From: Patescibacteria group bacterium
Lineage (GTDB): Bacteria > Patescibacteriota > Dojkabacteria > JAKAPS01 > JAJZLI01
Direction of reading: 5' to 3'
Length of the DNA: 43,203 bases
Assembly: GCA_023380695.1 (NCBI GenBank)
Contig: JAMCRT010000001.1
Span: 1-43,203, forward strand
Shown here piece by piece: positions 36,987-43,203 of the stretch (position 1 is the stretch's first letter; the number at the start of each line of letters is the position of its first letter). The notes beneath the pieces are model-generated. The model saw only the letters and a list, made by a program, of their open reading frames with translations, was not told the origin of the DNA and did no database searches. Made by a program: the position numbers and the translations under genes.

Positions 36987-37614
36987 AGTATTTACAAGAA
37001 TATTAGATATTATAATTTCAATAATTGCAATTATTGTTTTTTCTCCTCTTATGATTGTCATAGCTATATTAATAAAGATTGAATCTAGCGGTCCTGTTTT
37101 TGCAGATGTACCAGAAAGAGTAGGCCTGCACTATAAACCATTTAAATTCTATAAATTTAGATCAATGATTGTTAATGCACACAGTCTATTAAGGGAAGAT
37201 CCTAAATATAAAAAATTGTATCATGAATATAAAAATAATAATTATAAATTAAAAGATGATCCCAGAGTAACAAAAATAGGAAAATTCATCCGAAGATATA
37301 GCATAGATGAGTTACCACAATTTTTCAATGTATTTTTAGGAGATATGTCTATTGTGGGCCCTAGAGCTTATTATTTTGATGAACTTGAATTTTATATGAA
37401 ATCCAATCCTGATTTTAAGAATCATATTCAAGAAATTACTAGTATAAAGCCTGGTATTACTGGTGTTTGGCAAATATCTGGGAGATCTGAGATACCTTTT
37501 GACAAAAGGATAGAGATTGATTTAGAATATTCTAGGAACAAGTCCATCAGAAAAAATTTAGTAATAATATTTAAAACTCCATTCGCAGTTTTATTAAAAA
37601 AGGGTGCATATTAG
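36976..37614 (+). CDS. polyprenyl-phosphate sugar-phosphate transferase (bacterial sugar transferase family, small type)
   Basis: One N-terminal TM helix, then DELPQFFNVFLGDMSIVGPRA and PGITGVWQISGRS. Confidence 0.88.
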   Translation: MLYKVFTRILDIIISIIAIIVFSPLMIVIAILIKIESSGPVFADVPERVGLHYKPFKFYKFRSMIVNAHSLLREDPKYKKLYHEYKNNNYKLKDDPRVTKIGKFIRRYSIDELPQFFNVFLGDMSIVGPRAYYFDELEFYMKSNPDFKNHIQEITSIKPGITGVWQISGRSEIPFDKRIEIDLEYSRNKSIRKNLVIIFKTPFAVLLKKGAY

Positions 37615-39487
37615 AATTATGGCTGTTATAAGTTTAGAAAAATATAGCAAAGCATCTCTTCCAATTTATAAAAAGAGTTGGTTTATTATGCTCATATCAT
37701 CTATTATTTTGATAGTAGAATTTTTATATTTTTATCTTGTATCTCCTGTTTTTGCACTAAAGGGAAATTATGATTCCCTGAAAGGTGAAATTCATCAAAT
37801 AGAATTATATAAATCGCATAAGGATCTTTCTGGAATAGAAAGTGTATTACCATCAGTTGTTACCACTATAGGAAAGATGAAAACTAATCTATTGCAATTA
37901 TCATATGCAGGATATATCCCGTATCTTGATAATTATTATAACAATGGAATGTATATAGCCAATGGATCATATGATGTTATAAAAGCACTAAACCATATTA
38001 CCCCATCACTTAATAAAATAGCTCCCTTACTTGGTTATAGTACGAAAACTACAGATAATGCACATCCACTTACTGGAAAACAAAAAATCTATGCAGTAAT
38101 TCATGCTCTTCCGTCTCTTGCACCAGCTCTTCAGTCTGTATATCCAGATTTTGTTAATGCAAATGATAATATTCAAAAGATTAATCCTGAATATATTCCA
38201 TCATCCATTACAAAAGGAAAAGGAATAAATATAGGATCTCTAAAGACATTTTTTGGTGGATTTGTAAATAATATACCAACATTTGATAAATCTATTACTG
38301 TTATAGAAAATGCATTGGGTGTTCCAACACCTACAAGATATCTTTTAATGTTCCAAAACTCTGGTGAAATAAGACCAACGGGAGGATTTATGACAGCATA
38401 TGGTTTTGTGACATTTAACAATGGTGAACTTGGTACTATTACTGCACATAACATATATAACTTATCTAATGTTGTAAGATATAAACCTTTAGCACCTAAG
38501 CCTTTGTATGTATATAATGCTACATATCATTGGCATTTGCGTGATGCAAATACCTCTCCTAATGTACCAACTACAGTCCAAAATATTTATTCATTTTATA
38601 ACTCAATTCCAAATGCTCCTCATATTGATGGAGTAATTTTCGTCAATACTTGGTTTGTAGATTCTTTAATTAAAATTGTAGGTGGAATCAGGATGCCTTC
38701 AGTTTATAACAATGTCTTAATTACAAATAAAAATGCTAACTATTATATGGAATATATGGCAGAGAAATCTGGATTACCTCAATCAGAGCGTAAAGCGTTT
38801 ATTTCTATTATGATGCATATACTAATACAAAAAGTATTCTCCTCTCATGGTAGTACAGTCACAAATGTTTTAAATGATGTCCTGCAAAATCTAAATCAGA
38901 AACAAATACTTATATATTTCAATAATCCTAGTGCTGAAAGCCTTATAGCTAAATACAACTGGGGAGGGATTATTCCTAAAAAGATAAATAGTAACTATTT
39001 ACAGATTGTAGAAGCAAATCTTGCAGGTGCAAAGGATAATTATTTTATGGGTGAGACTATAAATATAAATATTTCTAAATTATCTAATGGTAGGTATGTA
39101 CAAACTTCATCAATTACTTGGGTAAATCCTGCAATTTATGATGATTGGTTAGTTGGTCCATACTTATCTTGGGTCAGATTCTATACACCAATTGGATCAA
39201 AGCTTATGACAATGAAAGGAACAGACGGATTTTTACAAAATTATAATAACTATATAGTAGATAAATCTGTATTTGGTAACCATATAAGAATTCATTCAAG
39301 ATTGTCTAAATCTGTGCCTCCAACTACAGGTACAATGTCTGCTACTTATGAGCTACCTTCAGGTATCAATATTCATAAATTATTGATACAAAAACAACCT
39401 GGAGAAAAAGGTCAATGGGTACATGTAAATTATGGAAATATCCATAAATCATTTTTCATGACTACTGATACAGTGGTAAATTTATAA
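37604..39487 (+). CDS. DUF4012-domain membrane-anchored protein
   Basis: RYLLMFQNSGEIRPTGGFMTAYG matches the remembered DUF4012 core (YLLLFQNNAExRxTGG). The gene has an N-terminal TM helix and sits in a glycosyltransferase locus. Confidence 0.7.
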   Translation: MHIRIMAVISLEKYSKASLPIYKKSWFIMLISSIILIVEFLYFYLVSPVFALKGNYDSLKGEIHQIELYKSHKDLSGIESVLPSVVTTIGKMKTNLLQLSYAGYIPYLDNYYNNGMYIANGSYDVIKALNHITPSLNKIAPLLGYSTKTTDNAHPLTGKQKIYAVIHALPSLAPALQSVYPDFVNANDNIQKINPEYIPSSITKGKGINIGSLKTFFGGFVNNIPTFDKSITVIENALGVPTPTRYLLMFQNSGEIRPTGGFMTAYGFVTFNNGELGTITAHNIYNLSNVVRYKPLAPKPLYVYNATYHWHLRDANTSPNVPTTVQNIYSFYNSIPNAPHIDGVIFVNTWFVDSLIKIVGGIRMPSVYNNVLITNKNANYYMEYMAEKSGLPQSERKAFISIMMHILIQKVFSSHGSTVTNVLNDVLQNLNQKQILIYFNNPSAESLIAKYNWGGIIPKKINSNYLQIVEANLAGAKDNYFMGETININISKLSNGRYVQTSSITWVNPAIYDDWLVGPYLSWVRFYTPIGSKLMTMKGTDGFLQNYNNYIVDKSVFGNHIRIHSRLSKSVPPTTGTMSATYELPSGINIHKLLIQKQPGEKGQWVHVNYGNIHKSFFMTTDTVVNL

Positions 39488-39488
39488 G

Positions 39489-40184
39489 ATGAGTATATTC
39501 TATGAAGGTATTATCTTAAAAGTTCTTTATTATAGAGAAGATGATAGGATTATCAAGATATTTACTAGAAATGGAATTATAAGTGTTGTAGGAAGATCTA
39601 TTAAAAAAGGGAAAAGAGCTAATCTTATTGATATTGGCAATTATATAAGATTTAATATTATTAAAGGGAAGAAACTTAATATATTAACTAGTGTAACTTT
39701 AATAGATTCCTTTTATATTATTAAAGAAAAAAATCCTTTCTATATATTCTATATTTGTGAGGTTTTATCAAAAATACAAAGAGAAGGCCAAGACGAGAGT
39801 AATATTTTTGAAATGGTACTTTTTGTTTTTTCTACAATTAAAGATAATCCAAAACTAGCTCTTATATTTTTCAATATACATCTACTAAATTTGGAAGGAT
39901 CTTTGATTAATCTAGAGGATTGTTTTGTATGTAAGAGAAAACTTGAAAAGGATTTCTCATTTTCAACAAATGGTATATCACATATTAAATGTTTCAGAGG
40001 AGATTTTATTACTGGTAGTACTTTGCATATATTGAGGGAAATCTATAGCTCTGATAATTTAAATATGCATATAATAGAGGATGATGGCAGTCTTAATAAA
40101 GCATTACTTATAAGTATGCTATTTATAGAAAATTTTTTAGAACACAGAATTAATAGTAAAGAATATATATTGAAAGGAATTTAA
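39489..40184 (+). CDS. recO: DNA repair protein RecO
   Basis: N-terminal OB-fold pattern EGIILKVLYYREDDRIIKIFTRNG, and a central CxxC (CFVCKRKL). Confidence 0.8.
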   Translation: MSIFYEGIILKVLYYREDDRIIKIFTRNGIISVVGRSIKKGKRANLIDIGNYIRFNIIKGKKLNILTSVTLIDSFYIIKEKNPFYIFYICEVLSKIQREGQDESNIFEMVLFVFSTIKDNPKLALIFFNIHLLNLEGSLINLEDCFVCKRKLEKDFSFSTNGISHIKCFRGDFITGSTLHILREIYSSDNLNMHIIEDDGSLNKALLISMLFIENFLEHRINSKEYILKGI

Positions 40185-40618
40185 TCTCCAGTTATATTTA
40201 CCATATTTCTTCTTTGGAATTCTACTACTTCTGTGAAGAAATCTTTTATTATTTTTGCATTTGATTTGTTTATTCTATCAAGAATTATCACACTTTTATC
40301 TTCATGCACAATTGTGACTTTTCCAAATATTATACCTTCATTTATATCTACAGAATCAATGGGTTTTATTCCTATAACCTCAGATGATGTTGTAATACCA
40401 TGTAAATGTTTTGTGACTTTTTCGATAGATCTTGCTTGTATATTATACATTACAGGGGATACAGGTGTTCGTATTACCATCGTAGGAATATTCAATGTTT
40501 TTGTAAGAATTTCATCAGTTAAATTTGCACTACTATTATTTTGTGTATATGGATTTTGAGGTTGATTCTGGGTATATGTACTCTGCCCTTGTGTTTGTGT
40601 TATTGTTTCATTTTCCAT
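40181..40618 (-). CDS. hypothetical protein with Q/T/N-rich N-terminus
   Basis: 145-aa ORF. Its low-complexity N-terminus (TQTQGQSTYTQNQPQNPYTQNN) is followed by a globular C-terminal half. Confidence 0.55.
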   Translation of the reverse strand: MENETITQTQGQSTYTQNQPQNPYTQNNSSANLTDEILTKTLNIPTMVIRTPVSPVMYNIQARSIEKVTKHLHGITTSSEVIGIKPIDSVDINEGIIFGKVTIVHEDKSVIILDRINKSNAKIIKDFFTEVVEFQRRNMVNITGD

Positions 40619-40645
40619 TGTAGTAATTATAACATTTATATAATA

Positions 40646-41053
40646 TTAAATCTCTCTATAAATTCTATATTGTTTATATAGATCTTCTGAGTTTGTATTT
40701 ATGAAATCTGCACTACTTATCTCATTTGCTGATATTGAAAAAGCAATTTCTCCATTTGGAAAAAATCCTATGGTTTCCCTGTTTGTTATTTTATCTCCAG
40801 CTTTTGTAATTTTTTGAACACATTCCAAAATTCCATTTGCATTATATATTATTTCTAATGTTTCTGCTGGATTATCATTACTGTGAGATTTAAATGTTAT
40901 TTTATCTTCTGTATCTTCCTGAGATGAAATATATGTTTCTCCTGCTATATAATGAGGGACTCTGAATTCTGCTCCTTCAAATGGTATTTTAATATATTGA
41001 GAATCAAAAGAATTCTCAATATTTGTACTAGGTTTATCTTGTAATGTTTCCAT
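40646..41053 (-). CDS. hypothetical protein (135 aa)
   Basis: Long ORF, divergent from the small-peptide gene. I recognise no motif. Confidence 0.55.
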   Translation of the reverse strand: METLQDKPSTNIENSFDSQYIKIPFEGAEFRVPHYIAGETYISSQEDTEDKITFKSHSNDNPAETLEIIYNANGILECVQKITKAGDKITNRETIGFFPNGEIAFSISANEISSADFINTNSEDLYKQYRIYREI

Positions 41054-41106
41054 ATATAAAAGTATATACTATATAATATTTATTACAATAGAATGTATAC
41101 ATATAC

Positions 41107-41128
41107 TTGATATATATATATATATCAA
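41107..41128. repeat. (AT)8 dinucleotide repeat embedded in the perfect 22-bp palindrome TTGATATATATATATATATCAA
   Basis: Read directly. TTGATA (-35-like) forms its left edge, and TATAAG (-10-like) sits at 41135-41140. Confidence 0.9.
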
Positions 41129-41148
41129 AATTAGTATAAGAAAGTAAT

Positions 41149-41159
41149 AAGGAGGTGAT
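41149..41159 (+). promoter_or_regulatory. strong Shine-Dalgarno AAGGAGGTGAT
   Basis: It lies 6 nt upstream of the ATG at 41166 and is identical to the 11-mer at 2887-2897. Confidence 0.75.
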
Positions 41160-41165
41160 ATTATT

Positions 41166-41294
41166 ATGGAAACATTAGAAAATATTAATCCTTTAGAATG
41201 GTTGAAGGACACAGATAAACAAGATACAGAAATTTTATTAGGATCAGCAACTTATACAGGAGCAGGAACTAACAATTGTGATGATCAAGATTGA
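41166..41294 (+). CDS. 42-aa candidate RiPP (graspetide-type) precursor peptide; not in the supplied ORF track
   Basis: It encodes METLENINPLEWLKDTDKQDTEILLGSATYTGAGTNNCDDQD. It has a strong SD, a C-terminal tail rich in Thr/Ser and Asp, and an ATP-grasp gene 105 nt downstream. Confidence 0.55.
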   Translation: METLENINPLEWLKDTDKQDTEILLGSATYTGAGTNNCDDQD

Positions 41295-41314
41295 TTAATC
41301 TAAAATCTATTTTA

Positions 41315-41345
41315 AATAACTGCTTATTTAAAATAGGCAGTTATT
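41315..41345 (+). terminator. 13-bp stem hairpin between the peptide gene and the ATP-grasp gene (attenuator or partial terminator candidate)
   Basis: AATAACTGCTTAT-ttaaa-ATAGGCAGTTATT with one G-U pair. No clean U-tract follows, so terminator function is uncertain. Confidence 0.35.
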
Positions 41346-41399
41346 ACTACTATAGTATTTCTTTTAGAATATTAATATTATCGAGATAAAAAAATAGGT

Positions 41400-42340
41400 A
41401 TGAAAAAAATTCTTATAGTATCAGAGGAATATGATTTACATGTCAAAAAGGTTATCAGTTTTATTGATAAATATAGTTGGTCTATTGATGTTATTGGTAT
41501 AGAGAAACTTGAAAAAGAAGGATATATTGAAATATTCAATAATACAGAAAATAGTTTTTATATAAATAAAAGAAAAATAAAAAATTATGATATATGTTGG
41601 TGGAGAAAACCTCAATATTTAGATAGATCAGAAAAATATTTAAAAAATGTAAATCTATCTAATATTGCGGAAGTAGAAAAAAAGAATTTTTTATTAGGTA
41701 GCATATTAAATATTTCGATAAAAAAATGGGTTAACAATATATTAGATATACAAAATGCAAGTTATAAAATTAATCAACTAAAAGTGCTAAATAGTATTCA
41801 GAATAATTCTTTGTCAATACCAAAAACTATAATAACAAATAGAAATGAAATTATTTCTCAATATTTCAAAAATAAATTTATAATGAAAAGTATTAGATCT
41901 CAAAATTTTGGATTAGAAGAAGGATTAATAAAATCTACTCTTACACATGTAGAAGATATTTCAAAAATAAACTTGAATTTTTCACCAGTTATTTGTCAAG
42001 AATTTATAGATAAAGTTTCTGATATTAGAGTTACTATTGTAGGAAAAAAATATTTAGTGCAAAGATATATCCTTTATCTGAAAAAGCAAAAATAGATTTT
42101 AGAACTGATTATAAAAATCTTTCCTATGAAAAATATATATTGCCAAAAGATATAGAAACTACACTGTTAAGATTGAATAAATGCTATAATCTTAATTATT
42201 CTGCAATTGATCTTATGGAAGATAAAAATGGTAAAATATATTTTTTAGAATTGAATCCAAATGGCCAATATCTTTGGGTAGAAAATAAATTAGATTTGCC
42301 TATATCAAAAGCAATGGCAGACTTCATAGTAAATAAATGA
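41400..42340 (+). CDS. microviridin-type (MdnB/MdnC-like) ATP-grasp ligase, split by a -1 frameshift at an A7 run
   Basis: Listed ORFs 41400..42095 and 42140..42340 are two halves of one gene. The first ends ...DIRVTIVGKK. The -1 frame continues IFSAKIYPLSEKAKIDFRTDYKNLSYEKYILPKDIE...YSAIDLMEDKNGKIYFLELNPNGQYLW. The joined product would be about 313 aa. Confidence 0.65.
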
Positions 42341-43057
42341 ATGTTTAATTTATCTAAAACTTTACAAATAAATAGTAGAGAAGCTTTAAATCTTCTAATT
42401 AAAGATTTCGAAAAAACTAATATTATAATTTGTGGAGAAGTTCATGGAATAAAAGAAAATTATTTGATTTATGAATATTTAATAAATATGTTGAATGTTT
42501 CACAAGTAGGTATAGAGTTGAATAAAAAACTGTTTGACTTCATAAAAAAGAAAGATGTTGTTGAGTGTGAATTTGATTTCAAAAATGATAAAAGGTTATA
42601 TAAATATTTGATTGATGGAAGAATAAATAAATCTTTTTTAAATTTAGTATATAAACTAAAAAAGAAAAACATTAAAATATTTTTATATGATAATGCTTCA
42701 TATAAAGATATTATAAAATCAAATGATCCAAGAAATGATATAAGAGATAAAATCATGGCAAAAGATATTTTAAGAAATAATATAAATAATGAAAAAACTT
42801 TTATATGGGCAGGAAATAATCATACCAGTTGGAAAAGAATCTCACAAGGAAGAACTAGTATGTATAATTATTTAAAACAGCAAGGTGTAAAAGCTACTTT
42901 AGTGAAAATAGAATATGGAAGAGGTTATTTCTATAATTTAAAAATTAAAAAAATAAAAGGAGATAAAAACATAACAGAGTACCGATTATTAAAATATAAA
43001 TATGGTTATAAATTTCAAATACCAAATCCTAAGGCCATAATTCCTTATTATAAATAG
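42341..43057 (+). CDS. erythromycin-esterase/ChaN/Tiki-superfamily-like protein
   Basis: IIICGEVHG near the N-terminus and FIWAGNNH later resemble the GE.HG and WAHN.H motifs of EreA-like enzymes. Its start abuts the ATP-grasp stop. Confidence 0.45.
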   Translation: MFNLSKTLQINSREALNLLIKDFEKTNIIICGEVHGIKENYLIYEYLINMLNVSQVGIELNKKLFDFIKKKDVVECEFDFKNDKRLYKYLIDGRINKSFLNLVYKLKKKNIKIFLYDNASYKDIIKSNDPRNDIRDKIMAKDILRNNINNEKTFIWAGNNHTSWKRISQGRTSMYNYLKQQGVKATLVKIEYGRGYFYNLKIKKIKGDKNITEYRLLKYKYGYKFQIPNPKAIIPYYK

Positions 43058-43069
43058 AAAGAATGAATT

Positions 43070-43203
43070 CTAATCGTCCAAGCAGATCCGCGTGAGTAAT
43101 CACGGGGGTGTATCGGGTTCCTAAGTCAGGTGGTACAATAGAAGAAATGGAAACGAGACGTCAAGCCAATGTGGTGTATAGAGTGGAATACCATATAGTG
43201 TTG
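43070..43203 (+). mobile_element. tnpA: left end of an IS200/IS605-family element (hairpin plus start of a Y1 transposase TnpA), truncated by the window edge
   Basis: GC rises abruptly here. A hairpin CCGCGTGA-gtaa-TCACGGGG lies at 43088-43107. The ATG at 43147 opens METRRQANVVYRVEYHIVL, matching the vvY..eYHiV N-terminal signature of IS200 TnpA. Confidence 0.55.

Noticed and set aside
34846-42756. Listed ORFs 34846..35082, 35707..35898, 38173..38454, 42469..42756 (all -) and 40233..40559 (+)
   Set aside because: They lie antisense within the GT4 genes, the DUF4012 gene, the EreA-like gene and the 145-aa hypothetical gene, and nothing independent supports them.
1-43203. CRISPR arrays, rRNA genes or complete tRNA genes
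   Set aside because: I saw no regularly spaced direct repeats, no rRNA-like GC-rich conserved blocks and no foldable cloverleaf while reading both strands.

Overview
This is a very AT-rich, gene-dense bacterial window with short intergenic gaps and standard stop-codon usage. Long housekeeping genes such as secA, serS, ilvB and tsaD read through cleanly. Most starts I inspected lack a Shine-Dalgarno sequence. The gene content suggests a reduced-genome Patescibacteria/CPR-like organism, but that is inference only. That content includes tsaE-tsaB-tsaD, greA, secA, serS, hpf, recO, a glycosyltransferase/DUF4012 envelope locus and very little metabolism. The conserved backbone is interleaved with accessory material. 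There are six toxin-antitoxin-like pairs plus an orphan Phd-like antitoxin. A three-gene minus-strand block at the left edge ends in a broken SIR2-like gene. Diverged copies of two gene fragments bracket a vapBC module. Two compositionally distinct, visibly GC-richer islets carry mntP and a C39-like peptidase plus an alpha/beta hydrolase. An IS200/IS605-like transposase starts at the right edge. The most interesting candidate lies at 41.1-43.1 kb. A 42-aa ORF missing from the ORF track has a near-perfect Shine-Dalgarno and a Thr/Ser- and Asp-rich C-terminus. It is followed by a hairpin, by a microviridin-type ATP-grasp ligase split by a -1 frameshift at an A AAA AAA heptamer, and by a small erythromycin-esterase/ChaN/Tiki-like protein. 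I read this as a putative graspetide (omega-ester RiPP) locus with an unusual esterase-like partner. All functional calls come from motif recognition by eye, because no searches were possible.
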